Source of the DNA: an uncultured Gammaproteobacteria bacterium
GTDB lineage: Bacteria; Patescibacteriota; Microgenomatia; UBA8517
Assembly: GCA_964635715.1 (NCBI GenBank)
Contig: CAZWNZ010000002.1
Span: 10,100-74,099 of the forward strand
Direction: 5' to 3'
DNA length: 64,000 nt
Shown: positions 54,141 through 64,000 of the stretch, piece by piece
Numbering within the stretch: the stretch's first letter is position 1
How the letters are laid out: every line of letters starts with the position of its first letter
Notes under the pieces: generated by a model
The model's input: the letters and a program-made list of their open reading frames with translations, nothing else
Told to the model about the DNA's origin: nothing
The model's database searches: none
Translations under genes and position numbers: made by a program

Positions 54141-56001
54141 TAGATTTATTTTTGTGAAAGCCTATTTTATCAAAAAAAGCAAATACTTTTATTTTACGGG
54201 CTTTAATGTAAATGAATGACATTATTATCAATAGAAAAACGGAAATAATAACCAAACTATTAATGACAATTTGTTTTTTATTCGTAAGTATTTGGGATTC
54301 ACTGGAACCCACAATCACCTTAATAACACCAGGCATATCTTTACCTAAAAAACTGTGTGTCAAGGTTACCTGAATTTGCTTATTTGCGTATGGTGGCAAT
54401 ACATTAATAACGTCACGCGTCTTTTCAACAGAATCATAATAAATTGAAGGATAAACAGAATATAAAGCTGCGGGTCCCGGATTTGAAACAGTGACTTTAT
54501 AAATACTACTGAAGAATGGTAAAACTCTGTATGGTTCAATTGCAACAGAAGGAGTGCTTATTTTATTTTCCGGCAGTTGACCAAATGAAACATAAACATC
54601 CTTTTGAGGATTTGGACCAAGTTTGTATGAACCAGGCGGGTAAGGTTCCCGTGCGTTTGCGCCATGGATAACAAATGCAAAATGTCTAAGATCTAATTTG
54701 TTGAAATAATCAACACCGCTGGTAGAACCCCATGTAGGATCGATGGGAATCCATACACCTTTATCTTTGTCATAGTATTCAGGCCATGCATGTAAAACGT
54801 CAGCCACTAGACCAAGCGGCTGTATGTCTGAATTTTCCGTATAGGCATACCCGTTTATTTCTCTGGCAGGAATACCAGCAGCCCTGGCAATTGCAATAAA
54901 AAGATCAGTAAATTCCATACATATCGCAGTATTTGGAGACTCGAGTGCAGCTGAAGCGCCCATTCTTTGCACATTTTGCTGTACCCTTTCAGTGTCATAA
55001 TTTAAAGTCCTGGCTACATACGAATAAATAGCCTGAGGCGTCTTAAGTTCTTCCGCCAATTTTTGAATTTGTGGATTGCTTGTTTGCCAGTATTCAGTTT
55101 CTATTAAATTATTACTAAGCGTTTCAGTTGACGGCTTAGGGAAAGATCGATAACTGGCAAATATTTGAACCGCTCCAAACACAGACACATCAATTCTTTC
55201 TCTGGGAGACAGGTCAAAAGTTGCAATCCAATTACCATCGGAGTCGACTGAAACATTTGTCGGTACGGGTTCAATTTTTTGTATGTAAACTTTCTGGAAA
55301 GCTGTATCCGGAGGAAGAGCAATATCAGTTGTAGTATTTCTGGAAAGCGGGTTTTCAAGGTGATAAGAAAGATTAAAAGAGAAAACCTGAAATTGTCCAA
55401 AGCCGGCACTAATACCTGTCTGGAGAAGATCGGTTTTATTGAATCTATAAATATATCTATCATCGGCGATTTCCTGTGACGTAGCCTGCGGTGAAATATA
55501 AGCTTCATATCCGAACGATGTTGGGACCCTAAGTATTAATTGATAATCTCTGAAATTATTATCTTGCCCGAGTCTTGGAATAGAGATTTCCCAAACCTCC
55601 CCCGTTCTTACGGCAAAACCGGAATTTTCATAGGATACAATAAAATGCCGTTGGACACCTTTTCCAACGCTCGCATCTGTAAAACTTACTTTAATATTTG
55701 TAATATCTCCCGTTTTTGTTACATCGACGGGGAAAGCTGTGCCCAAATCGCTGTGGGCGGCTACATTTGTTACATCAATATTTTCAAGGCTAAGAGTGTA
55801 GGTTGTTGCGTAAATATCGGAAAAATTGTTTTCCAGTGTAATTTCATGAGTTATCAACGACTTACCACTTTGCTGAATATCATATGTTACGATAGCGTCT
55901 ACTGAAAATTCATTCGCAGCACATATATGTTGAGGTAAAAGGTAAAGGGTAAGGGGTAAAAGAAATATAAAGATAAATACTAGCTTCTTCCAAAATCTCA
56001 T
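54094..56001 (-). CDS. Secreted transglutaminase-like protein
   Basis: Signal peptide. Transglutaminase core NTAICMEFTDLFIAIARAAGIPAR with a catalytic Cys. C-terminal TM helix and a Ser/Thr/Asn-rich tail. Confidence 0.65.
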   Translation of the reverse strand: MRFWKKLVFIFIFLLPLTLYLLPQHICAANEFSVDAIVTYDIQQSGKSLITHEITLENNFSDIYATTYTLSLENIDVTNVAAHSDLGTAFPVDVTKTGDITNIKVSFTDASVGKGVQRHFIVSYENSGFAVRTGEVWEISIPRLGQDNNFRDYQLILRVPTSFGYEAYISPQATSQEIADDRYIYRFNKTDLLQTGISAGFGQFQVFSFNLSYHLENPLSRNTTTDIALPPDTAFQKVYIQKIEPVPTNVSVDSDGNWIATFDLSPRERIDVSVFGAVQIFASYRSFPKPSTETLSNNLIETEYWQTSNPQIQKLAEELKTPQAIYSYVARTLNYDTERVQQNVQRMGASAALESPNTAICMEFTDLFIAIARAAGIPAREINGYAYTENSDIQPLGLVADVLHAWPEYYDKDKGVWIPIDPTWGSTSGVDYFNKLDLRHFAFVIHGANAREPYPPGSYKLGPNPQKDVYVSFGQLPENKISTPSVAIEPYRVLPFFSSIYKVTVSNPGPAALYSVYPSIYYDSVEKTRDVINVLPPYANKQIQVTLTHSFLGKDMPGVIKVIVGSSESQILTNKKQIVINSLVIISVFLLIIMSFIYIKARKIKVFAFFDKIGFHKNKSNDKSNTQTPPNTNIS

Positions 56002-56052
56002 GTAATTAGTATAGCGTAAAAAACTGTACTACCGTAACATTACAGCAGTCAC

Positions 56053-58968
56053 CTACTTTAAATATTCTCCCGTATATGAAGATTTGTTTTTAACTATATC
56101 CGAGGGGCGTCCAGTTGCTACAATTTCTCCCCCTCCATCTCCCCCCTCAGGTCCCAAATCAATTATCCAATCAGAATTTTTAATAACATCAATATTGTGT
56201 TCAATTACAAAAACTGAGTTACCTTTTTGCACGAGTAGTTTTAGTACTCTAAGAAGCCTCTCAACATCAGCAAAATGAAGCCCTGTTGTGGGTTCATCTA
56301 AAATATAAACAGTTCTACCTGTGGCTTTACGGGAAAGTTCTGTGGCCAATTTTACTCTTTGGGCTTCTCCTCCGGAAAGAGTGGTGGCCGGCTGACCTAA
56401 TTCCATGTATCCTAAGCCGACCAGGGAAAGTGTTTCAAGTTTTTGTTCAATTTGAGGATGGGCGTGAAAAAATTCCAAAGCCTCATCAACCGTCATACCC
56501 AGTACTTCAGCAATATTTTTGCCCCGATAGGCAACTTCTAAAGTTTGAGCGTTATAACGTTTTCCGTGACAAACATCGCAAGTCACCCAAATATCACTCA
56601 TAAACTGCATTTCTATCTTTATTTGCCCTTGTCCCTCACATGCTTCACAGCGTCCACCGCGTACGTTAAAAGAAAACCTTCCCTTTTTAAATCCGAGGGT
56701 CTTTGCTTCGCGTGTGGCTGTAAAAACGTCCCTGATTGGATCAAACAATCCCGTATATGTTGCTGGATTACTTCTCGGAGTTCTTCCGATCGGGCTCTGG
56801 TCTATTAAAATTGCCTTATCTACAAAATCCAAACCCTCAATTCTTTTATATCCGCCTGTTTCACCTCGGTAGAGAGGATTTAACTCCTTTTGCAGTGCCG
56901 GGTAAAGTGTATCAACAAGCAAAGTGGATTTACCTGATCCCGAAACGCCGGTAATTGAAACCAATTTTCCAAGGGGAAATTCAACCTCTATATCTTTAAG
57001 ATTAAATCTATTTGCCCCGATTATTCTTAATGTTTCTTTTTTGTCATCAATTTTTAATTGTAAATGTCCCAACTCAATTTTCTTCTTGCCTGATAAATAT
57101 TTGCCGGTTAGTGATTTGGGATTCTTATTAATCTCTTCAGGAGTACCCTCAGCCATGACTTCGCCTCCATGTTTACCTGCTCCCGGCCCAAAATCGATAA
57201 TCCAATCGCTTTCTTTCATCATTGTGGCATCGTGTTCAACAACTACTACACTGTTGCCCAGATCCCTAAGTTTTTTTAATGTATCTATAAGTTTCTGATC
57301 ATCTCTCGGGTGAAGCCCGATTGTTGGTTCATCGAGTACATATAAAACACCCGTTAAGCCGGAACCTATCTGTGAAGCAAGTCTTATTCTTTGAGCTTCA
57401 CCTCCCGATAAAGAACCTGCAACTCTATTAAGAGTTAGATATTCCAATCCCACGTCCAATAAAAATTTTAATCTTCCCTCCAATTCCTTAATTATCAATT
57501 TTCCAATTTCCTTTTCCCTTTCGTTTGTTCTATCGTTACATAACAGTGATACAGTCCAATCAATTGCATGGTCTATAGAAAATGTCGTAACATCAGCAAT
57601 AGACAATCCGCCGATTGTGATTCCCAAAGATTCTTTTTTGAGTCTTGCTCCATTACAATCCGGGCAAACTTTTTCCCTCATGTACTTTTTAATCTCATCT
57701 CTCACCCAGTCGCTTTCGGATTCCTGATATTTTCTTTCAAGTTCCGAAACAATACCTTTGAATTCCTGATAAATGTAGGTTTCTTTTCCGAACCTATTCG
57801 TCCCGTAAACTTTATAAAGTCTGTCAGCTGTTCCGTTTAACAAAATATCAATTTTTTCCTGTGACAAATCTTTAATTGGCGTTCTCATATCAATTCCGTT
57901 TTCTTCGCACATTTGCTTAATTATTCGCCCGTACCATGTTTCATGCTCAAAAGTGTTGACATAAGGAAGAATTCCGCCCTCATTGATCGTCAGCTCAGGA
58001 GAAAAAATGAGATCGGGTTCAACTTTTAGAATTTTTCCTAAACCCGTACAGGTAGGACACGCACCTTCAGGGGAATTAAAAGAAAATGTTCTGGGTTCAA
58101 TTTCTGGTAAAGATATATTATCAACGGGACAGGCAAAACGCTCGGAAAAGATGTGGTCCTCAATCTTTTTGGGATAAACCGGCATTGTAAATTCCTTGTC
58201 CTGCACTTCGCCAAGAACCATCAAGCCTTCAGCCAGATTCAAAGCTTGCTGAATTGAGTCTGTAAGCCTATTTTTAAGCTCGGATTTTGTCGCCTGGTCT
58301 TTGAAAGTAGTATTTGTAACGGCAATTCTGTCAATCACGGCATGGATTGAATGTTTATTGGTTTTAATAAGCACTAAATCTTCGGACAAATCATGAATAT
58401 ATCCGTCAATTCTGGCTTGTCTGTAACCCTTGCTTTTTAAATTTTCAAAGAGCTGGGAAAACTCACCTTTTCTGTCATGAACCATCGGGGAAAGCACCAA
58501 AAACCAGGCTTTTTTGTTCATTTTTGCTTTGCTCTCAATCAGTTCCATCGCAGCTTCGACTATCTGATCGAGCGTCTGATGGGAAATTTCCCGGCCGCAT
58601 ATCGGACAGTGAGGATGCCCGATTCTGGCAAAAAGAAGCCTTAGGTAGTCGTAAATTTCAGTTACAGTTCCGACTGTACTTCGAGGGTTATGCGAAGTCG
58701 TTTTTTGGTCTATAGATATTGCCGGAGAAAGGCCTTCTATGGAATCAGCATCAGGTTTCTCCATGATGCCCAAGAATTGACGAGCATAGGAAGAAAGACT
58801 TTCAACATATCTTCTTTGTCCTTCGGCATAGAGCGTATCGAATGCCAAAGAGCTTTTTCCTGACCCAGAAACACCCGTAAGAACTACAAGTTTATTTTTG
58901 GGAATATCCAAATCAACATTCTTTAAATTATGCTGCCTGGCACCTTTAATTTTAATGTTATTTTCCAT
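56053..58968 (-). CDS. uvrA: Excinuclease ABC subunit A
   Basis: Two ABC ATPase modules (GVSGSGKSSLAFDTLYAEGQRRY; ITGVSGSGKSTL) and zinc-finger Cys clusters. 971 aa. Confidence 0.95.
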   Translation of the reverse strand: MENNIKIKGARQHNLKNVDLDIPKNKLVVLTGVSGSGKSSLAFDTLYAEGQRRYVESLSSYARQFLGIMEKPDADSIEGLSPAISIDQKTTSHNPRSTVGTVTEIYDYLRLLFARIGHPHCPICGREISHQTLDQIVEAAMELIESKAKMNKKAWFLVLSPMVHDRKGEFSQLFENLKSKGYRQARIDGYIHDLSEDLVLIKTNKHSIHAVIDRIAVTNTTFKDQATKSELKNRLTDSIQQALNLAEGLMVLGEVQDKEFTMPVYPKKIEDHIFSERFACPVDNISLPEIEPRTFSFNSPEGACPTCTGLGKILKVEPDLIFSPELTINEGGILPYVNTFEHETWYGRIIKQMCEENGIDMRTPIKDLSQEKIDILLNGTADRLYKVYGTNRFGKETYIYQEFKGIVSELERKYQESESDWVRDEIKKYMREKVCPDCNGARLKKESLGITIGGLSIADVTTFSIDHAIDWTVSLLCNDRTNEREKEIGKLIIKELEGRLKFLLDVGLEYLTLNRVAGSLSGGEAQRIRLASQIGSGLTGVLYVLDEPTIGLHPRDDQKLIDTLKKLRDLGNSVVVVEHDATMMKESDWIIDFGPGAGKHGGEVMAEGTPEEINKNPKSLTGKYLSGKKKIELGHLQLKIDDKKETLRIIGANRFNLKDIEVEFPLGKLVSITGVSGSGKSTLLVDTLYPALQKELNPLYRGETGGYKRIEGLDFVDKAILIDQSPIGRTPRSNPATYTGLFDPIRDVFTATREAKTLGFKKGRFSFNVRGGRCEACEGQGQIKIEMQFMSDIWVTCDVCHGKRYNAQTLEVAYRGKNIAEVLGMTVDEALEFFHAHPQIEQKLETLSLVGLGYMELGQPATTLSGGEAQRVKLATELSRKATGRTVYILDEPTTGLHFADVERLLRVLKLLVQKGNSVFVIEHNIDVIKNSDWIIDLGPEGGDGGGEIVATGRPSDIVKNKSSYTGEYLK

Positions 58969-59062
58969 AGCAAATGCCCGCCGGTTCCATCCGGTGGTGG
59001 CAAAATTATATCACAAATGGTATGATTCGCGACGGGTTGACATTTTAGTGTATTATAAATAT

Positions 59063-59371
59063 ATGAAGAAACTTCCCCAGAAAATACAAGTCAAAGTAAT
59101 TAAAAATCGTAAAACAGGCGTATATCTTGCCGAACTCCCGGATTTTGATATTTTTACAGAATCGGATAGTTTTAGTGGTTTAGTTTTTCAGGTAAACGAT
59201 TTGATTTACACATATTTTGATATTCCTGAGAAGAATCACGGAGAAATTTGGTATATGCCTCCGCAGGTACCCTCATTAACTGAACAACAAAATCCTCCAG
59301 TTGATCCAATTTTATTCCACATACTAACTTCGGATGGCAATTTCTCTTCATGCCTAAATGGGAAAGTATAA
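59063..59371 (+). CDS. hicB: HicB-like antitoxin (UPF0150 fold, no appended DNA-binding domain)
   Basis: MKKLPQKIQVKVIKNRKTGVYLAELPDFDIFTESDSFSGLVFQVNDLIYTYF matches the HicB N-domain pattern (..Y.A.VP.LPG....G.T.EEAL). Overlaps hicA by 14 nt. Confidence 0.55.
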   Translation: MKKLPQKIQVKVIKNRKTGVYLAELPDFDIFTESDSFSGLVFQVNDLIYTYFDIPEKNHGEIWYMPPQVPSLTEQQNPPVDPILFHILTSDGNFSSCLNGKV

Positions 59372-59612
59372 TTTTGGTTCAAGGGATCTTTGTAAATTTT
59401 TGACCAGTCGAAAATTTGTTTCTAACAAAGTAAATGGTTCTAGTCATCAAAAATATAATTTACCTAAAAATGTGCAGTGTCCTTCAGGGTTTAGACCTTT
59501 TATAATTGTGACATTAGGTAGGAAACAATATGATCCACACACTTCATCTAGTTACATTAGACAATTAAAAAACCTTGGTATTACAGATGAAGAACTGAAA
59601 GATTTGGTTTAA
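59358..59612 (+). CDS. hicA: HicA-like mRNA interferase toxin (YcfA family)
   Basis: ...VNGSSHQKYNLPKN...FIIVTLGRKQYDPHTSSSYIRQLKNLGITDEELKDLV shows the GSHH and helix motifs of HicA. Confidence 0.55.
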   Translation: MGKYNFGSRDLCKFLTSRKFVSNKVNGSSHQKYNLPKNVQCPSGFRPFIIVTLGRKQYDPHTSSSYIRQLKNLGITDEELKDLV

Positions 59613-61627
59613 CCAATCTCTTTAATTTTGTCCCTAATATCCGCTGCAAGTTCAAAATTTAGGTCTTGGGCGGCGAGGCGCATTTCGGTGGTCAGGTTTT
59701 TCACCAAGCGCTTTTTCTCCATAGGCGTCATGGCGTCTAAGTCCAAATGAGGCAGGCTTTCAAACATCGGTTCTTTACTGCCAAAAACCCAGGGGGCTTT
59801 TTCACCCTCGGTTCTATCTATTAGCTTCTCACGAATGGGCTTACTTATACTCTTTGGAGTGATTTTGTGCTTTTTGTTGTAGGCCAACTGGTATTCACGC
59901 CTGCGCTTGACCTCGCTCAGGGCTCTTTCCATGGAGCCGGTGATTCTATCGGCATACATAATTACGCGTCCCTCAACGTGTCTGGCGGCCCTACCCATCG
60001 TCTGAATGAGCGTTACGTCGGATCTTAAGAATCCTTCTTTATCCGCATCAAGTATGGCTACCAGGCTCACCTCGGGAAGGTCTAAACCCTCACGAAGCAG
60101 GTTAATTCCGACCAAAACATCATATTTTCCGGCTCTAAGATCATCCAGAATATCTCCTCTATCAAGCGTGGCCACATCCGAGTGTAAATACTGTACTTTC
60201 AAGCCCTGTTCATTTAAGTAAGCAGTCAAATCCTCAGCCGTGCGCTTTGTCATGGTTGTCACAAGTGTTCTTTGTTTTTTGGCTACAACCTTTTTAATTT
60301 CGGTAATTACATCCGCCACCTGATTTTTAATCGGTTTAATTTCAACTAGAGGGTCAGGAATACCTGTCGGACGTACCAATATTTCGGTGGTTTTGCCTCC
60401 ACTCATGCTTATTTCCCAATCGTTTGGAGTGGCTGAGCTAGCTATAAAATTCGGGACTCTCCTCATAAATTCATCAAATTTTAGAGGTCGATTATCCAAG
60501 GCCGAGGGAAGCCGAAATCCATAATCAATAAGTGTCTGTTTTCTGGCCAAATCCCCATTAAACATGCCTCGGATTTGAGGAAAAGTCATGTGGGACTCGT
60601 CTACCATAAGCATCCAATCGTTGCCGTAAGGCTCGTTAAAGTAGTCGAGTAAGGAAAAAGGAGCGTCCCCGGGAGATCTTCCGTCAAAATATCTGGAATA
60701 ATTTTCAATTCCTTTTACATAACCAACCTCCTTAATCATTTCAATATCGTAAGTAACTTTTTGGGCCAAACGGTGTGCCTCAAGCATTTTTCCTTCTTTT
60801 TTTAACTCTTTTACGCGAATATCAAGGTCATTCATCATTGCGGCAAAAGCGTCGTCATAGCTTTCAGGATCTGTCATAAAATGCTTGGCAGGGTATAAAA
60901 CAAAGTTTCCATTTGCCAGTTGCCAGTTATCAGTTAATTCACCAGTTAATGAATTAATTGCAGTCACCGATTTTATTGAATCCTCGTTAAACTCAATTCT
61001 GACGGCATCATCCATGTAGGCCGGATAAATATCAATTGAGTCTCCGCGAACTCTGAATGTTCCCCTATCGAATCCAAATTCGCTTCTCTCGTACTGTAAA
61101 TCCACAATTCTGTCGATAATTTGCTGGCGCTTTATCTTCATTCCGGAAGTAATTTCCAGAACAAACTTACCGTATTTTTTGGGAGAGCCAATGTTGTAAA
61201 TACATGAAACTGAGGCTACAACTATTGAGTCACGGCGCGTTAAAAGATTAGCGGTTGCCGCGAGCCTAAGCTTATCAATTGTCTCGTTGATGTCTGCGTC
61301 TTTTTCGATATATGTATCTGTGGAAGGAATATATGCTTCAGGCTGGTAGTAATCATAGTATGAAACAAAGTAGCTGACTGCGTTTTCAGGGAAAAGATCC
61401 CTCATTTCCTGGTAGAGTTGAGCTGCTAAGGTTTTGTTGTGGGAGATAATAAGAGTTGGTCGTTGAACTTTTTCAATCATATTAGCCATAGTAAAAGTCT
61501 TTCCAGAGCCGGTTACACCAAGAAGTGTCTGATATTTATTACCACGCTCAAGTTCCCCGGAAAGCGAGGCAACAGCACGCTCCTGATCAGGAATCATTTT
61601 GTAATTTGTCTGAAGTTTAAATTTCAC
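59609..61627 (-). CDS. uvrB: Excinuclease ABC subunit B
   Basis: MKFKLQTNY...QTLLGVTGSGKTFTMANMI Walker A, a beta-hairpin region, helicase motifs, and a C-terminal UVR domain. Confidence 0.95.
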   Translation of the reverse strand: MKFKLQTNYKMIPDQERAVASLSGELERGNKYQTLLGVTGSGKTFTMANMIEKVQRPTLIISHNKTLAAQLYQEMRDLFPENAVSYFVSYYDYYQPEAYIPSTDTYIEKDADINETIDKLRLAATANLLTRRDSIVVASVSCIYNIGSPKKYGKFVLEITSGMKIKRQQIIDRIVDLQYERSEFGFDRGTFRVRGDSIDIYPAYMDDAVRIEFNEDSIKSVTAINSLTGELTDNWQLANGNFVLYPAKHFMTDPESYDDAFAAMMNDLDIRVKELKKEGKMLEAHRLAQKVTYDIEMIKEVGYVKGIENYSRYFDGRSPGDAPFSLLDYFNEPYGNDWMLMVDESHMTFPQIRGMFNGDLARKQTLIDYGFRLPSALDNRPLKFDEFMRRVPNFIASSATPNDWEISMSGGKTTEILVRPTGIPDPLVEIKPIKNQVADVITEIKKVVAKKQRTLVTTMTKRTAEDLTAYLNEQGLKVQYLHSDVATLDRGDILDDLRAGKYDVLVGINLLREGLDLPEVSLVAILDADKEGFLRSDVTLIQTMGRAARHVEGRVIMYADRITGSMERALSEVKRRREYQLAYNKKHKITPKSISKPIREKLIDRTEGEKAPWVFGSKEPMFESLPHLDLDAMTPMEKKRLVKNLTTEMRLAAQDLNFELAADIRDKIKEIG

Positions 61628-61763
61628 CCATATATTTTATCACGAATTTTTACTTGTGTATTTGGGATATGTTCGGGTTTGTATGACTAAGATGTAGTTG
61701 ACGTCTTCGGGTAATGTTTGTAAATTGACTATAACATCTCATAACTACAATAACTTGTGGTGA

Positions 61764-62408
61764 GTGAGTGAAACGAATCGAATCATGGCACTAATAGTCT
61801 ATAGCAAGCAAAGACAAATTTTGGGATTTATCAAACAATATATTGAACTTAATGGCTCTGCGCCTACACTAAAGAAAATTGCGGAAGCCATTGGTGTTTC
61901 TTCTTTAGCAACTGTTCACGAACATCTCCAAGCTCTGGAGGCAAAAGGGCTTATTAAAAGAAAACAAGGAAAGGCACGTTCGATAGAACTTATTGAAGGA
62001 GATACGGATTTAATAAAAGCCGAGAATTTCAATGCTCCAATCCTTGGATTTATTGCTGCAGGTATGCCAATCGAACCCTATACAGATCCGAATGCTTCGA
62101 TGAATATTCCGGCAGCTTTTGTGACGGGCGTCAAAAGAACATACGTTTTACAGGTTAGAGGTGAAAGTATGATAGAAGACGGCATTATGGATGGAGATAA
62201 TGTTATTGTTGAGCAGACCGACAGTGCCCATGATGGTGATGTTGTGGTTGCACTTCTCGATAATGGAATGGCTACACTTAAAAGATTTTATAAAGAAGCC
62301 ACACGTATTCGTTTGCAGCCGGCAAATTCCACAATGCAGCCTATTTTTGTTAAAAATGTCAGGATTCAAGGCAAAGTGGTCGGACTTGTAAGAAAGTACA
62401 AAAACTGA
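61764..62408 (+). CDS. lexA: LexA repressor (S24 peptidase)
   Basis: N-terminal winged HTH (TLKKIAEAIGVSSLATVHEHLQALEAKGLIKR), an A-G cleavage-region analog, GESM Ser nucleophile, and Lys in ...TLKRFYKE. Confidence 0.85.
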   Translation: MSETNRIMALIVYSKQRQILGFIKQYIELNGSAPTLKKIAEAIGVSSLATVHEHLQALEAKGLIKRKQGKARSIELIEGDTDLIKAENFNAPILGFIAAGMPIEPYTDPNASMNIPAAFVTGVKRTYVLQVRGESMIEDGIMDGDNVIVEQTDSAHDGDVVVALLDNGMATLKRFYKEATRIRLQPANSTMQPIFVKNVRIQGKVVGLVRKYKN

Positions 62409-62417
62409 TTTCTTCGA

Positions 62418-63026
62418 TTAATTTTCCTTACCCTTTTTCAAATGCTTCCAAATGTAAACTACTGCAAGAATAATAAATATCCCGACAATAACATATTGGA
62501 ATTTTCTAAAAAACGGTTCTATCACGTGCCAGTTTTGGCCGAGTTTAAGGCCTGCAAAGGCTAAAATCCCCGACCAGATCAGAGATCCGACAAAAGTAAA
62601 CAAACTAAATAGTTTAAGATTCATTTTGGCAATACCTGCAGGAAGACTGATAAAAGTCCTCACAATAGGCAAAAGACGGCTACCAAAGGCAATTCCCTGC
62701 CCATATTTATCAAACCAAAAAAGAGCCTTATCAAAATCTTTTTCATGGACAAGAATCCATTTTCCCCATTTTCTAATAGCTTTTCTAATCCAGTCTTCAC
62801 CCATTTTGACTCCTAGCCAATAAGCCAGAAGTGATCCGATTAAATTTCCAAAAGCTCCCACCAATGAAGCAACCCAAACATTCATTGTACCGAGTCCTGA
62901 CATAAATCCTGCAAAAACCATTGTTACTTCAGAAGGGATCGGAATCAGACAGCTTTCCAAGGTCATGAATAGAAAAACAGCAAAATAACCGTAGGATGAA
63001 ATAAAATCTGTTAGTAATTCAGCCAT
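62418..63026 (-). CDS. DedA/TVP38-family membrane protein
   Basis: Polytopic protein with a DedA signature region (FGNLIGSLLAYWLG...RLLPIVRTFISLPAG). Confidence 0.6.
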   Translation of the reverse strand: MAELLTDFISSYGYFAVFLFMTLESCLIPIPSEVTMVFAGFMSGLGTMNVWVASLVGAFGNLIGSLLAYWLGVKMGEDWIRKAIRKWGKWILVHEKDFDKALFWFDKYGQGIAFGSRLLPIVRTFISLPAGIAKMNLKLFSLFTFVGSLIWSGILAFAGLKLGQNWHVIEPFFRKFQYVIVGIFIILAVVYIWKHLKKGKEN

Positions 63027-63067
63027 AGATAAAAAGTATACAGGCCATAAACTAAGTTGTGAACCAC

Positions 63068-64000
63068 CTAAATTTCCAGTCCACCAAGAAGATTCCTTCC
63101 GGTCATATTCGTGGGGACATTCAAACCAAGCAATTTCAAAACAGTCGGCGCCACATCTGCTAATATTCCGGCAGAAAGTGTCATAGATTTACTCATTAAT
63201 TTTTGAGAAGCTACTATAAACGGAACAGGATTTTTACTATGCTCTGTATCAATAGCTCCAGTAGACAAATTAATCATTTCCTCAATGTTTCCATGATCGG
63301 CAGTAACCACTAAATACCCGCCATAAGCCAGAATAAAATTCAGAAGTTTACCGACACACTCATCAACAACTTCAGCAGCTTTAACTGCAGGCCCAATACT
63401 ACCGGTATGTCCAACCATGTCAGGACTGGCATAATTTATTAAAACAAACTGGTACTTTCCAAGTGTTTTTATATTTGAAAGAACATTTTCAGTAATTTCC
63501 CTAGAACTCATTTCCGGTTTTAGATCATAGGTCGCAACTTTGGGAGACGGTATAATTATCCGGTCTTCACGATCAAAAGCGGCCTCCTGCTGACCATTAA
63601 AGTAAAAGGTTACAAAACGTTCTTTTTCAGTTTCGGCCACACGAAGCTGATTGTAGCCTGCGTCTGCAATGACAGAACCAATAGGTATTTTTACATTCTC
63701 CGGGCTAAAGGCTACTTTTGCCCCACTTTCAACAATGGCTTTTTCAAATTGAGTCATAGTGGCAAAATATAGGTTTTTAAGTTTAGAACCTCTTTTAAAA
63801 GGCTCCGTTAGAACAGAGGTTGTCGGAACTTGATATCCTTTTTTGTATTTTTCAAGGTAAGGATCGAATCCCACAGGCAAATTTGCTTTAGAAAAATCAG
63901 TAAAAGTGAATGCACGTGTTAATTGCCTTGGCCTGTCTATTCTAAAATTGAAAAATATTACTGCATCATTATCTTTGACTGTGGCAACGGGATTGCCTGC
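63068..64000 (-). CDS. gpmI: 2,3-bisphosphoglycerate-independent phosphoglycerate mutase, C-terminal ~310 codons (5' end beyond window)
   Basis: The frame is open to 64000: ...DNDAVIFFNFRIDRPRQLTRAFTFTDF...PVGFDPY... then SPDMVGHTG and VTADHGN metal-binding motifs. Confidence 0.85.
   Translation of the reverse strand, partial: AGNPVATVKDNDAVIFFNFRIDRPRQLTRAFTFTDFSKANLPVGFDPYLEKYKKGYQVPTTSVLTEPFKRGSKLKNLYFATMTQFEKAIVESGAKVAFSPENVKIPIGSVIADAGYNQLRVAETEKERFVTFYFNGQQEAAFDREDRIIIPSPKVATYDLKPEMSSREITENVLSNIKTLGKYQFVLINYASPDMVGHTGSIGPAVKAAEVVDECVGKLLNFILAYGGYLVVTADHGNIEEMINLSTGAIDTEHSKNPVPFIVASQKLMSKSMTLSAGILADVAPTVLKLLGLNVPTNMTGRNLLGGLEI

Noticed and set aside
58969-61763. Shared LexA operator upstream of uvrA and uvrB (ATTYGTGATAWAAT)
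   Set aside because: The shared word is just an extended -10 promoter element (TG-n-TAWAAT) with no dyad symmetry. There is no convincing palindrome there or upstream of lexA.
1-64000. Possibility that this genome uses an alternative code (UGA=Gly, code 25, as in some CPR), which could explain the TAG-rich motifs
   Set aside because: TGA terminates conserved genes at the expected protein ends (recG at 11208-11210, tyrS at 13315-13317, pilT at 191-193). Large conserved proteins such as UvrA, PBP and TypA are intact under code 11.

Overview
This window is low-GC, gene-dense bacterial chromosome, and its gene content and architecture look like a Candidate Phyla Radiation (Patescibacteria-type) organism. 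It uses the standard genetic code: TGA terminates conserved genes such as recG and tyrS.

The first ~9.2 kb is a complete type IV pilus locus: pilT 3' end, pilC, a major pilin with its own sigma70 promoter, the prepilin peptidase pilD, six further pilin-like genes plus a PilX-like gene, then pilM, pilN and pilO.

The middle of the window is housekeeping. It holds rpsP, rnc, an ACP-like gene, nusB, an rpmF (L32) gene missed by the ORF track, recG, tyrS, an M20 peptidase and a class A PBP. It also holds the classic thrS-infC-rpmI-rplT-pheS-pheT block, typA, uppP, dus, tig and a Y-family polymerase. A nucleotide-excision-repair/SOS neighbourhood (uvrC, uvrA, a hicB/hicA toxin-antitoxin pair, uvrB, lexA) lies near the 3' end.

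Sixteen hand-folded tRNA genes occur between 27 kb and 51 kb, concentrated between ~35.7 and 50.7 kb.

The most unusual structures are:
- A tRNA-like gene (His-like G-1/C73 acceptor) split into 5' and 3' halves by ~350 bp. The insert carries an intact tRNA-His(GTG) and a small GIY-YIG nuclease gene, and is bounded by ~24-nt imperfect direct repeats containing a palindrome (50280-50725).
- Repeated partial copies of tRNA ends next to tRNA-Val(GAC), tRNA-Gly(GCC), tRNA-Arg(TCT) and tRNA-Gly(TCC).
- A ~29-nt near-identical sequence shared between the pilD coding region and an intergenic palindrome downstream of arsM.
- A TAG-rich stop-codon repeat motif recurring in three intergenic sites.
- A tRNA-flanked accessory island (35.8-41.5 kb) with two lysozyme-like paralogs, a GT28-like glycosyltransferase, an ArsR regulator and a secreted GH-A hydrolase.
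- An archaeo-eukaryotic DRG-type GTPase.
- A TTG start on infC.
- A cyanobacterial-type LexA-box-like palindrome upstream of a small-ORF/dinB cassette.
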